Positions 30,498 through 39,858 of a stretch of DNA of 64,000 bases are shown in pieces. Every line of letters begins with the position of its first letter. The first letter of the stretch is position 1. The notes beneath the pieces were generated by a model that saw only the letters and a program-made list of their open reading frames with translations, made no database searches and was not told the DNA's origin. Made by a program: the position numbers and the translations under genes. This stretch comes from Nitrosopumilaceae archaeon (GTDB taxonomy: Archaea > Thermoproteota > Nitrososphaeria > Nitrososphaerales > Nitrosopumilaceae): contig OZ242376.1 in NCBI GenBank assembly GCA_965209085.1, positions 1,376,001-1,440,000 of the forward strand, given 5' to 3'.

Positions 30498-31477
30498 GCC
30501 TTCTGCAGCTCTTTTGCCGTACGGGCTATATTAATAGAGGTTATGCCGTGCTTGGCGAACAGCTGCGGCATTTCTGAATCGCGGCACGATTCTCCAAAAG
30601 AATCCTGCGCCCCTATGCGTCTTATCGGTACAGGGTATGTCTCTGCTACGGATTCAGCCACAGCTGATCCAAATCCTCCCACAATATTGTGCTCCTCGCA
30701 TGTTACGATGCAACCTGTTTCTTTGGCCGCTTTTTCAAGCAATTTTACGTTTATCGGTTTTATGGAATAAACGTCTAGCACCCTGCATGAGATGCCATCA
30801 GATGCAAGCGATTCGGCAGCCTCTAGCGCCATCGACACGGTAATGCCGCATGCTGCAATTGTACAGTCAGAACCATCGCGCAGCGTTATTGCGCCGCCTG
30901 GCACAAACTCTGTGTTTTTTTCGTGTATGATTGGAACTTTGGAGCGGGCCATTCTCATGTAAAAAGGTCCGTACGATGATGTCATCATGCGTATCATTGC
31001 AGATACTGAGACTGAATCCGCGGGCAAAAGCACCCTCATGTGGGGCATTACGCGCATTATTGCCAAATCTTCAAGCTGCTGATGTGAGCCGCCGTCTGCG
31101 CCAACTGACAATCCTCCGTGCGATACTACCAGTTTTACATCCAGTCCTTTTTTTCCAGGACGCGTTGGATAGCATATTGCGTTTCTAATCTGATCCACGG
31201 CGCGTCCGGGAAGAAATATCGCATACGTGCTTGAAAATGCTGTCTTTCCAGACATTGCAAGACCGGCAGCCATGGAGACCATGTTAGCTTCAGCTATTCC
31301 CACGTTGAAGAAACGTTGCGGATATTTTTTGCCAAAGTCGGATGTCTTTAACGAATCAGTTGTGTCAGCTCCCAATACCACGACGTTTGGGTATGCATCC
31401 CCCATCTCCAAAAGTGTGCTCCCGTATGCGCTTCGCATGTCGCCGTGCGGTATTGAACTCATGCCAAATTCCTCCAC
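30494..31477 (-). CDS. Transketolase C-terminal (pyrimidine-binding) subunit
   Basis: [30 protein letters not shown]. Confidence 0.92.
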   Translation of the reverse strand: MEEFGMSSIPHGDMRSAYGSTLLEMGDAYPNVVVLGADTTDSLKTSDFGKKYPQRFFNVGIAEANMVSMAAGLAMSGKTAFSSTYAIFLPGRAVDQIRNAICYPTRPGKKGLDVKLVVSHGGLSVGADGGSHQQLEDLAIMRVMPHMRVLLPADSVSVSAMIRMMTSSYGPFYMRMARSKVPIIHEKNTEFVPGGAITLRDGSDCTIAACGITVSMALEAAESLASDGISCRVLDVYSIKPINVKLLEKAAKETGCIVTCEEHNIVGGFGSAVAESVAETYPVPIRRIGAQDSFGESCRDSEMPQLFAKHGITSINIARTAKELQKA

Positions 31478-33117
31478 AGTGCCAAAAGTTTTTCATGTTT
31501 TTCACCCAGATGCAGGTTTATCCATTTTTCAGCCAACTTTGCACCCCCAAGCTCGTTGGCTTTTTTTATGAGCATGGAACGCCTAGCTTCCAGCAGAGTC
31601 TGTCGGAATTCACGTATTGCCAGGCGTATGTCAGATTGTCCCACCATTGATCCTCCGCCCACAAAAGAGCGCGCACCGTCAAGAAAACACGCCTTTGCAT
31701 TCTCCAGATTTACGCCGCCGTCAATTTCCACAATTCCTCCAAATCCGTGCGAGTGTAATTTTTCTACGGTGCGTCTTGTTTTTTCATGCGATGATTCAAT
31801 GTATTTTTGCCCAGATTTGCCTGGAACTACGGACATTACTATTATTTGATCCAGTCCCGAGGCAAATTTTGAAATCCATTCTGGCAGTTCCGTATCGGGG
31901 TTTATTGCAATACCTGCCCCTATTGCATTGGAATGCAGATAATCATATATCTCGCCAAAGATGGACTCGTCGCATTCTTCAGCATGCACGGTGATAATGT
32001 CGCTGCCTGCCTCGGCATATTCTTTGATGTATTTTTGAGGTTCTTTTATCATAAGATGCGTGTCAAATGGTATCAGAGTAAGTGGGCGCATCTGTGCGAG
32101 TTTTTTGGAATCAAATGTCACGTTTGGAACAAACTTGCCGTCCATTACATCCATGTGTATTACATCCGCCCTTCCCTCGGCGCATTTTTGAACCTCTTTG
32201 TCCAGATTTTGCATATCGCCTGCGATTATAGATGGGGCGATTGAAAACTGCATGTCAAGTTCTGATTTTACTATCGGTGCAATATCTGATGCCGGAGCCT
32301 TGCCGTGCCATGCAGGATTGTCTTCCATGTGTTCTACCGCTTTGCCTTTTATGGTTCGTGCTATGATAATGCTTGGCGCACCTTTGGTATTTTTTGCCCG
32401 GTTTAACGCATCAGATATCTGCTCTATGCGGTGACCGTCTATCTCTATAACATTCCAGCCAAAAGCTTTCCATTTTTCCCCCGTACGCCACCGCGAAGGA
32501 TTTTTCCACATTTTTGAGATATCATCGCCGACGAGATTTTCATCAAGCGGCATTATTTTTTCAGTGTATGAATCCTGCTGGATAAAATTACGGTCAAGTA
32601 TTACCGTAAGATTATCCGCCTTGAATTTGGATGCGGCCATTGCAGCTTCCCAGACCTGTCCCTCGTCAGATTCTCCATCACCCATTATCGTGTACACTCT
32701 GTAATCTTTTCCGTCCAAGCGTCCTGCAAGCGCCATGCCGAGTGAAAATGAAAGTCCGATTCCAAGCGAGCCGCCGCAAAATTCCACTCCGGGGCATTTT
32801 AAATCCGGATGTCCCTGCAGTTTGCTCCCAAATTTTCGCAGTGTTAAAAGCTGTGATTTTTCAAAATATCCTGCCACTGCAAGATTTGAAAATAACCCCG
32901 GAGCTGCGTGTCCTTTGGAGAGTACCAGTCTGTCCCTCTCAGCCCATGTGGGGTTTTTAGAATCATATCTGAGGTGTTTTCCAAACAAAGTCCCCACGAT
33001 CTCTGCCATCGAAAACGAACCTCCAGGATGGCCAGAACCGGCGTCAGTTGTCGCATCTATGACCAGATTGCGCGCCTCTTTGATATTTTTTTTAATTCCG
33101 CAATAGTTTTGAGCCAA
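31459..33117 (-). CDS. Fusion of transketolase N-terminal subunit and ribulose-phosphate 3-epimerase
   Basis: SGHPGGS, LSKGHA, GDGE...N, WHGKAP, then IAPSI, IHMDVMDGKFVPN, DTHLMI, MSVVPG, IDGG; likely TTG start at 33117. Confidence 0.9.
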   Translation of the reverse strand: MAQNYCGIKKNIKEARNLVIDATTDAGSGHPGGSFSMAEIVGTLFGKHLRYDSKNPTWAERDRLVLSKGHAAPGLFSNLAVAGYFEKSQLLTLRKFGSKLQGHPDLKCPGVEFCGGSLGIGLSFSLGMALAGRLDGKDYRVYTIMGDGESDEGQVWEAAMAASKFKADNLTVILDRNFIQQDSYTEKIMPLDENLVGDDISKMWKNPSRWRTGEKWKAFGWNVIEIDGHRIEQISDALNRAKNTKGAPSIIIARTIKGKAVEHMEDNPAWHGKAPASDIAPIVKSELDMQFSIAPSIIAGDMQNLDKEVQKCAEGRADVIHMDVMDGKFVPNVTFDSKKLAQMRPLTLIPFDTHLMIKEPQKYIKEYAEAGSDIITVHAEECDESIFGEIYDYLHSNAIGAGIAINPDTELPEWISKFASGLDQIIVMSVVPGKSGQKYIESSHEKTRRTVEKLHSHGFGGIVEIDGGVNLENAKACFLDGARSFVGGGSMVGQSDIRLAIREFRQTLLEARRSMLIKKANELGGAKLAEKWINLHLGEKHEKLLALWRNLA

Positions 33118-33198
33118 TATACGGAAACGATTACAGAATAAATAAAAATCTACTTGAATATAGCCAAAATTTAAAACCATCGATCAGAATCAATCCGT

Positions 33199-33582
33199 AT
33201 GGACGTATTGATACAAATGCCGCTCATCATATATGATGACAAATGCAGCCTATGTTCGCTGTTTGCAAAGACTGTATCATTTTTTGGACGCTACAGAATA
33301 TCGCTTGTGGGCCATTATTCAAAAGACGGTCAGAATATGCGTTCCGCACTTGGAGATCATGCAACTGAAATGTTCTGGCTTTTGGATGGGACAGTTGCAT
33401 TTGGCGGAAGATCCGCCATACTGCCGTTGCTGTATCATACTAGCAGGGCGCTGCTTGGAAAAATTCCCCCCTCAAAGCATGGAAAAATTCAAAGTGCCGA
33501 CTGTACAGCATGCAAGGGACCAAAGGCGGTATTTTTCAGATCCGCAAGTCTGATACGGCAGTCACAGAAAATACAAATCTAA
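33199..33582 (+). CDS. DCC1-like thiol-disulfide oxidoreductase family protein
   Basis: IIYDDKCSLC (DxxCxxC) N-terminal motif. Confidence 0.75.
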   Translation: MDVLIQMPLIIYDDKCSLCSLFAKTVSFFGRYRISLVGHYSKDGQNMRSALGDHATEMFWLLDGTVAFGGRSAILPLLYHTSRALLGKIPPSKHGKIQSADCTACKGPKAVFFRSASLIRQSQKIQI

Positions 33583-33707
33583 TATCCGCGGCTGTTTCTA
33601 TCCGGTTTGTCCACATCGGGATTTCTAAATCCGTGTTTTATCATCATGTGGTTGAGAAACCTTGCATCATCATCAAAGTGCTCCCCGCATACGGTACAAT
33701 TTGCCAA
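33579..33707 (-). CDS. 42-aa single C2H2 zinc-finger microprotein (not in ORF track)
   Basis: TTG start: MANCTVCGEHFDDDARFLNHMMIKHGFRNPDVDKPDRNSRGY*; minus-strand TTTATAA 24-30 nt upstream. Confidence 0.72.
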   Translation of the reverse strand: MANCTVCGEHFDDDARFLNHMMIKHGFRNPDVDKPDRNSRGY

Positions 33708-33822
33708 TTATAACCAGTTTTTTACAGTAGTTATAAATTGTATAATTTTGATTTTCTCAAATCATGTCGGAAATATTTCCCAATACGATGATTGGGATTT
33801 AATATTTGAGAGAATAGAATAA

Positions 33823-33939
33823 ACGCCAGCACTGTTGCTTCCCAAGAGCTCTCGCATCTAAGTAACACAACAGCGACATCAGGTTTGACTTCCAAGTTCG
33901 GAATGGGATTGGGTCGCACCCTGACACTATGACCGGCTA
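33823..33939 (-). rRNA. rrf: 5S rRNA (stand-alone)
   Basis: GCCGGTCATAG...CCCAATCCCATTCCGAACTTGGAAGTCAAAC...GCTGGC; complementary ends; ~118 nt. Confidence 0.93.
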
Positions 33940-34031
33940 GTTAGACTACATACGGGCTATCTATTAATGTAACGTATTTTTTGCATTTTCCTACGAATGA
34001 TTATATTCAGCATACGGGTTTGTTGCATCGT

Positions 34032-34141
34032 AGCCCGATAGTCTAGCGGTCAATTGGCATAAAATGCCAGATCAAGGATCCCGCGCTCTGGTTCTTTGGA
34101 GAAGATACGCGGGGGCGGCAGTTCGAATCTGCCTCGGGCTA
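34032..34141 (+). tRNA. tRNA-Gln(CTG) with two introns (34054-34075 in the D-arm; 34092-34106 at 37/38)
   Basis: AGCCCGA/TCGGGCT acceptor, CCGCG-CT-CTG-G[intron]A-CGCGG anticodon arm, GGCAG-TTCGAAT-CTGCC T-arm; strict BHB around the D-arm intron. Confidence 0.9.
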
Positions 34142-34144
34142 TTA

Positions 34145-34744
34145 CTATCTAGAAGCTTGCGCTATGCGTTCAAGTTCGTGTTTTTTCTTAACGGACGGTG
34201 ATGCAGGATCGTTTGCCGCTGCAAGAATCAGATGGTTTGCCAGATATTCTTCCACGGTTGTAGGATTTGAAAACGCCGCTTCTTTTACACCATCAGCGAT
34301 AAACCGAAGTGCCAAATCCACGCGTCTTATGGGTGAGACGTCTACTGAAACATGGTAGACTGTTCCTCCGTATACGATTCTAGTCGTATCCTCGTTTGGA
34401 GCTGACATTTCCACAGCACGTACTAGGACTTCGACGGGATTTTTGCCCGTTTTCAGCTCGATTATTGTAAATGCGGCTTTGATCGTTTTCATAACACGTG
34501 ATTTTTTACCAGTCATGCGTCCTGTGTTTTTTGCGTGTTTTTTGCCAAAATGCATCAGTTTGTTGGCAAGTCTTTCAACAATATTCGTGTCATTTTTGTT
34601 AAATCGTTTTAATGCAGAACGGCCGTACGTATAAGGCAGTACGGAATTACGCAAAGATATCGAAGTTTTCAGACCCGGATCTATTATTTCAATGCCAGAT
34701 GTATCCCACTTTCTAAACAATAGCATATTTTTTGTCTCAGTCAT
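34145..34744 (-). CDS. rps7: 30S ribosomal protein uS7
   Basis: [34 protein letters not shown]. Confidence 0.96.
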   Translation of the reverse strand: MTETKNMLLFRKWDTSGIEIIDPGLKTSISLRNSVLPYTYGRSALKRFNKNDTNIVERLANKLMHFGKKHAKNTGRMTGKKSRVMKTIKAAFTIIELKTGKNPVEVLVRAVEMSAPNEDTTRIVYGGTVYHVSVDVSPIRRVDLALRFIADGVKEAAFSNPTTVEEYLANHLILAAANDPASPSVKKKHELERIAQASR

Positions 34745-35178
34745 CGTCTTGGTTTCTCCTTTTTGCCTATGACAAGCTCGTGCAATGAGGTATCGTTTAC
34801 TTTGAATACTTTGAATCTGACTCCAGGTATATCACCCATGGCTCCACCCTGTGTGGCGCCCATTCCTTCCACATGCACCTCGTCGTGTTCGTCAATAAAG
34901 TTCATGGCCCCATCACGCGGCAGAAATGCCGTAATAGTTTTGCCATTTTTTATCAATTGTACGCGCACACATTTTCGGACAGCAGAGTTTGGCTGTTTTG
35001 CCTCTATGCCGACTTTTTCCAAAACAATTCCGCGCGCTTGCGGAGATCCTGCCATCGGGTTTGCCTTGCGGTCAAGTCCAAGCTCGCGGCGTTTGTATCT
35101 AGATATTGCCCAGCGTTGTTTTTTACGCTTTAAACGTAAAACGCGTCCTGCAAACAAACCAAGTGGAGACTTTGCCAT
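34741..35178 (-). CDS. rps12: 30S ribosomal protein uS12
   Basis: [20 protein letters not shown]. Confidence 0.97.
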   Translation of the reverse strand: MAKSPLGLFAGRVLRLKRKKQRWAISRYKRRELGLDRKANPMAGSPQARGIVLEKVGIEAKQPNSAVRKCVRVQLIKNGKTITAFLPRDGAMNFIDEHDEVHVEGMGATQGGAMGDIPGVRFKVFKVNDTSLHELVIGKKEKPRR

Positions 35179-35184
35179 CTGTCA

Positions 35185-35649
35185 TTACAGCTCCATCATT
35201 GTCCTTTGCGGCGTGTTTATCATTATGCGCGAAATATCAAAATATCTTCGTGCAAGAATTTTTGCCCTCTCTACGTTGCGCCCGTTGCGCCCCACTGCAA
35301 GACCCTTGTTGTTTGCACCAACCATGACTGTTGCTTGCAATCCTCCAAGATCATCTTTTGATATTGTAACATCGGTAACGAGTTTTTCATTTATCGCCTT
35401 TGCGATGAATTTTTCCGGCTCTTTTATATATTCCACAACCTCTACGGTTTTTTGGATTTTGTTGATTAGTGATTTTATGTTGACAGCACCCTTGCCTATG
35501 GCTTTTCCCATGTCGCCCGGTTCAACCACGAATATTATACGATCAAGTTTTTCATCTTCCACACAGTCTTTAGGTTGCGTATGTGTGACTTTTTGAAACA
35601 GTGAAATGTATTGTAGTTGTTCTGTGGATAATTTTATAGATTGTTTCAT
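35185..35649 (-). CDS. nusA: Archaeal NusA (KH domains)
   Basis: MGKAIGKG, GLAVGRNGRN. Confidence 0.93.
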   Translation of the reverse strand: MKQSIKLSTEQLQYISLFQKVTHTQPKDCVEDEKLDRIIFVVEPGDMGKAIGKGAVNIKSLINKIQKTVEVVEYIKEPEKFIAKAINEKLVTDVTISKDDLGGLQATVMVGANNKGLAVGRNGRNVERAKILARRYFDISRIMINTPQRTMMEL

Positions 35650-35697
35650 GCGAATGCCATTCTACCGTGGTTTTTAGAGCAGACATTTAAACTTATT

Positions 35698-35991
35698 TTA
35701 TACATTATTTGCCTCCTTGCCGATTATTGATCTTACAGTAGCATCAGGTATGGATGATATTGATATTGCTGAGACTCTAAACTGTACACCGCAAAATTTT
35801 CCCAAAGCGACCGATGTTCCATCAAAGTCCTTGTATGGCACCTTTAATTTTTCTGCAAATCCAGACTCTGCGGATTTTGATACCACAACTAGCTTTGCTT
35901 TTGAGACGTTTGCGGCAACTTGTTTTTGCCCAAAAGAGCAGTTGCCCTCTTTTATCGAATCCTTTAGTGTTTTCTCCAAGAGTGTTACCAT
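35698..35991 (-). CDS. rpl30e: Ribosomal protein eL30 (L7Ae/L30e family)
   Basis: AKLVVVS, GTSVALGKFCG; position between rpoA and nusA. Confidence 0.85.
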   Translation of the reverse strand: MVTLLEKTLKDSIKEGNCSFGQKQVAANVSKAKLVVVSKSAESGFAEKLKVPYKDFDGTSVALGKFCGVQFRVSAISISSIPDATVRSIIGKEANNV

Positions 35992-36075
35992 GATGTAAAC
36001 AATTCTTATGATGGCTTTATAGTTTTACGTTATTCAACTTTGCATTTCTGACGCCAAAAAGGTATGTTTGGTTCG

Positions 36076-39000
36076 TTATTTTTTCTTGGCAACTTGCATG
36101 TACAAGTCAACTGTGCCGGTTCCAATCGGTATGTTGCTTCCCACGATGACATTCTCTGTAACACCCTTTAGTCGTTCAGTCTCGCCTCCAAGAGCGGCTC
36201 GTGCTATGGTTGGAACCGTGATTTCAAATGCAGCTCTGGCCAAAACGCTGTCTTTTGTTCCCGCAATACCGTGCCGTCCAATCTGCTGCATATATCCCCT
36301 AGAGCACATTAGATCTGATACGAGCATGATGTATCTTAGATCCACTTCAAGACCCTGATCTGCTAGTGTGTTGTGTAGCTCGTTTATGAGTGAGTTGCGA
36401 GCTGCCTCGATTCCCAGCGCTCCGGCAATTTCAAATACATTGTTTGTGCGGACATTTTTTCTGTCAATGCCCTCTACTGCCAACACTTTTGCAAGATTTG
36501 AACCCGTGGTTTGTATGACCCATTGACCGTCATTTTGTACCATTGTGACGCGTTCAATGTCAGGTACGCCCTTTACAGTGGTGTTTAGTACCTTGTTGCG
36601 TATTGTTATAACGGTGGGTACATCTGATTCTTCTACAAGTTTTAAAACAAGAATGTTGTCAAATTCTTCAATCTTGAATTTTTTGTTTGATGTTAGCACG
36701 TCCACTATATCCTGCATTGTACATCCTCGCTCCTTTAGTCTATCCTCGTTGAATGTTATTTTGATTTCTGTTGCATAGTCTGTATCTATTTCGCCTACAA
36801 GAATGTTGATTTTAGTTTGTAAAATATTTCGTGCAATGGAAACTGCCTTTTCGCGCGAAGTTTTTGATTCATCATCAAGGTAAATATCCATAGTGGGGGT
36901 GTTTGGTTTTTTGCGCGCATCCACCAGTTCAATCAGCCGTGGAAGACCCAGCGTAACGTTTCTTTCTCTAATTCCTGCAAAGTGGAACGTACGCAGCGTC
37001 ATTTGTGTTCCAGGCTCTCCAATAGACTGCGCGGTAACTATTCCCACTGCTTGGCCCGGTTCTACTTTGGCGCGGTTGTACAAGCTAAGACCTTTTTTGG
37101 CCACTTTTTCTATGCCTTCTTTACTCAGATCAGCTTTCATGAGTGCATCAGTGACAATTTGGCGCAGTCGCGGGTTGTAGGTTTTGGCGTATTTTTTAAC
37201 TGCAGAATCCCTGTCATGCACGGTTGATTTTGCGCCCGAATCAACTATGATTTGTGATTCGATGAGACGGTTGATGTTGAAAGCCTCACCATGATCGCTC
37301 TTTGCCACGTCGATGCCATCCTCACCGTACAAGAATTGTATGATATGGCCGTGTGTATCACGTACCGTTCCATCATATTCCAAACGTATGTGCTCTAGTG
37401 CGTTGATAAGTCTACGTTGCATATATCCACTCTGCTGTGTTCTAACTGCCGTATCCACAAGTCCTTCACGTCCTCCCATGGCGTGGAAGAAAAATTCCAA
37501 TGCCGAAAGACCTTCACGATAATTGGATTTTACAAATCCGTGCGCATCTGGGTTGTCATCGTGTTCTTCAAAGTGCGTCAGTGCCCTGTTGTTAAATCCG
37601 GTAAGCAGTCTTTTTCCTCGTCTTGACTGTTGGCCTAGCGCACCTGCCATCTGACCGATGTTGAGTGAGGAGCCACGGGCTCCAGTTGTAGCCATTATTT
37701 TTCCAGCGTTTGTATGATCAAATGCTTGATCTGCGGAACTTCCGGCCAAATCCCTGGCTTTGGATAGTTCGTTTACAATGTATGCCTCCAAAGCCTCGTT
37801 TGGTGAGAGACCACGGGTAAGCTTTAATGTTCCTTTTTTGTAATCGCTAATAAATCCGTCAATTGTTTTGTAGCTTTTTTGTATGTTGTCCAATATGCCG
37901 TTGCGTACTTTTTCATCTAGTTCTAGATCCGCATAACCGTAGCTAAATCCATAGTGTGTGATGAATTGTTTTGCTATAATCAAGATCGAGTTTAAGAATA
38001 TTTTTGCCGGTTCGTTACCGTAATCTTTTGCAATTCTGTGCAGAACACTTTCAGGCTCTTCTGCACCGATGGATGATTTGTCAATTACGCCGCTGATGAG
38101 TTCACCGTTTTTAATTACAACATCTTTTACCTTATCAGACGTTCCTTTTGCCCATTTTGACGTCATTACATAATTGAAATCTTTTGGAAGAAAGAGTGAA
38201 AATAGCTGTTTTCCAGTATACAGTTTGCCTGTTTTTGACGGAGTAGGAAGATTACCCGAATATCCACCAAGCATTGCAAGATTTGCAAATTCTTCAGCCG
38301 ATAGGAACGTATCGTCTTTTGTCAAAAGATAAGAGCCGGTGATAAAGTCACGCAGTCCGCCGATAATTGGTCCGCCATATCTTGGAGAGATTAGCTGATC
38401 CTGAACCCTCATAAGCAACAGCGCTTCGGCTCTGGCCTCTTCGCTTTGCGGCACGTGCAGATTCATCTCATCGCCATCAAAGTCAGCATTGTACGGAGGA
38501 CATACGGACGGATGTAGACGGAATGTTTTGCCCGGCAGAACGTGTACGTGATGTGCCATTATTGACATTTGGTGGAGTGATGGTTGTCTGTTGAACATTA
38601 CAATGTCCCCCTTTAGCAGATGACGTTCCACTAGATATCCAATCTCCAAGGATTCAGCTATTGTTGATCGGTCTTCTACAAAATCCAGACGAATTTTTAC
38701 ACCATCTGGACGCACGATATAATTTACTCCAGGATATGTGTCAGGTCCGTTTATGACAAGATTGCGCATGCGTTCAATGTTCCATTCGGTTACAATTTCT
38801 GGGATTGTAAGTTTTTTTGCAATTACTTCTGGAACTCCTACTTCGGATAAATCCAAATTTGGATCAGGGGATATGACAGTCCTGCTTGAAAAGTCAACCC
38901 TTTTGCCCGAGAGTGATCCTCTAAATCTGCCTTCTTTTCCCTTTAATCTTTGTGTCAAAGTCTTCAACGGTCTGCCCGAACGGTGATGGGCTTGTGGAAT

Positions 39001-39858
39001 GCCAGATACCTCGTTGTCAAAGTATGTGGTGGCATGGTATTGTAAAAGATCTACCAAATCCTGCACTATAAGGGGCGGTGTACCTGCTTCTTTGCTTTCC
39101 TTTAAGCGCTGGTTGACGCGGATTATATCCACCATCTTGTGTGTAAGATCGTCCTCGGATCTTATTCCAGTTTCCAATATGATCGAAGGTCTGACGGTAA
39201 CTGGTGGAACTGGAAGCGCTTGGAGGATAAACCACTCTGGTCTTGCAGCTGATGGATCATATCCCAACAATTTTAGGTCACTGTCAGGTATTTGTGAGAA
39301 TCTTTCACGTATGGTAATCGGAAGCAGTCGATTTTCGCCCACTTCGGTTTTTTCTATAAAGATTGTAGGTTTTGTAAAGATGAGTTCGTACTGGGTTTTT
39401 CCGCAGTGAGGGCATTCCTTTGCTTTTCTTGCTATTTCAAGTATTTTTTCCGGAATGTGTTTTTGTGATAATACAGTGTATGCTGCTTCACGTTTTTGTA
39501 TGTTGGTAAAGTCTTCAAGATCAGTCTGGGTCACTTTAAGACGAGAACATGATCTGCATGAGATCAAAAGAAGTTTGTGTATGTTATCTATGAATGCAAT
39601 GTGCAGTATGGGTTCTGCAAGCTCCAAATGTCCAAAGTGTCCCGGACAGCGTGCTGCCATGTTTCCACATGTAAGGCATTTTTGTCCCGGCTCTAGTGTT
39701 CCAAGTCGTCCATCCATAAGACCTCCCTGTACAGGTATTCCATCCTCGTCATACGTTTCTGGAACGGTAATCTCAGCTACTGAATATTTTCTAATTTCGG
39801 TAGGTGACCATACCGAAAAACGGATTGATCGTATTGCTTTTGTAGTCTGTATAGACAT
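36076..39858 (-). CDS. rpoA: RNA polymerase largest subunit, unsplit A'+A''
   Basis: NADFDGDEMN, CPGHFGH, GEPGTQMTLRTFH, all in one 1260-aa ORF. Confidence 0.98.
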   Translation of the reverse strand: MSIQTTKAIRSIRFSVWSPTEIRKYSVAEITVPETYDEDGIPVQGGLMDGRLGTLEPGQKCLTCGNMAARCPGHFGHLELAEPILHIAFIDNIHKLLLISCRSCSRLKVTQTDLEDFTNIQKREAAYTVLSQKHIPEKILEIARKAKECPHCGKTQYELIFTKPTIFIEKTEVGENRLLPITIRERFSQIPDSDLKLLGYDPSAARPEWFILQALPVPPVTVRPSIILETGIRSEDDLTHKMVDIIRVNQRLKESKEAGTPPLIVQDLVDLLQYHATTYFDNEVSGIPQAHHRSGRPLKTLTQRLKGKEGRFRGSLSGKRVDFSSRTVISPDPNLDLSEVGVPEVIAKKLTIPEIVTEWNIERMRNLVINGPDTYPGVNYIVRPDGVKIRLDFVEDRSTIAESLEIGYLVERHLLKGDIVMFNRQPSLHQMSIMAHHVHVLPGKTFRLHPSVCPPYNADFDGDEMNLHVPQSEEARAEALLLMRVQDQLISPRYGGPIIGGLRDFITGSYLLTKDDTFLSAEEFANLAMLGGYSGNLPTPSKTGKLYTGKQLFSLFLPKDFNYVMTSKWAKGTSDKVKDVVIKNGELISGVIDKSSIGAEEPESVLHRIAKDYGNEPAKIFLNSILIIAKQFITHYGFSYGYADLELDEKVRNGILDNIQKSYKTIDGFISDYKKGTLKLTRGLSPNEALEAYIVNELSKARDLAGSSADQAFDHTNAGKIMATTGARGSSLNIGQMAGALGQQSRRGKRLLTGFNNRALTHFEEHDDNPDAHGFVKSNYREGLSALEFFFHAMGGREGLVDTAVRTQQSGYMQRRLINALEHIRLEYDGTVRDTHGHIIQFLYGEDGIDVAKSDHGEAFNINRLIESQIIVDSGAKSTVHDRDSAVKKYAKTYNPRLRQIVTDALMKADLSKEGIEKVAKKGLSLYNRAKVEPGQAVGIVTAQSIGEPGTQMTLRTFHFAGIRERNVTLGLPRLIELVDARKKPNTPTMDIYLDDESKTSREKAVSIARNILQTKINILVGEIDTDYATEIKITFNEDRLKERGCTMQDIVDVLTSNKKFKIEEFDNILVLKLVEESDVPTVITIRNKVLNTTVKGVPDIERVTMVQNDGQWVIQTTGSNLAKVLAVEGIDRKNVRTNNVFEIAGALGIEAARNSLINELHNTLADQGLEVDLRYIMLVSDLMCSRGYMQQIGRHGIAGTKDSVLARAAFEITVPTIARAALGGETERLKGVTENVIVGSNIPIGTGTVDLYMQVAKKK

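Noticed and set aside
33716-33728. CAGTTTTTTACAGT resembling the cargo-element end
   Set aside because: The match is short, the inner 20-bp motif is missing, and there is no partner end
33731-33919. 62-aa ORF in the track
   Set aside because: It overlaps the 5S rRNA and is spurious
35990-36051. C/D-box sRNA (ATGATGG...CTGA)
   Set aside because: Degenerate C box, no D'/C' pair, and the region is explained by the rpl30e TATA promoter on the minus strand
36076-39858. Unsplit rpoA as a novelty, or an intein
   Set aside because: Unsplit rpoA is an established thaumarchaeal trait, and the length leaves no room for an intein
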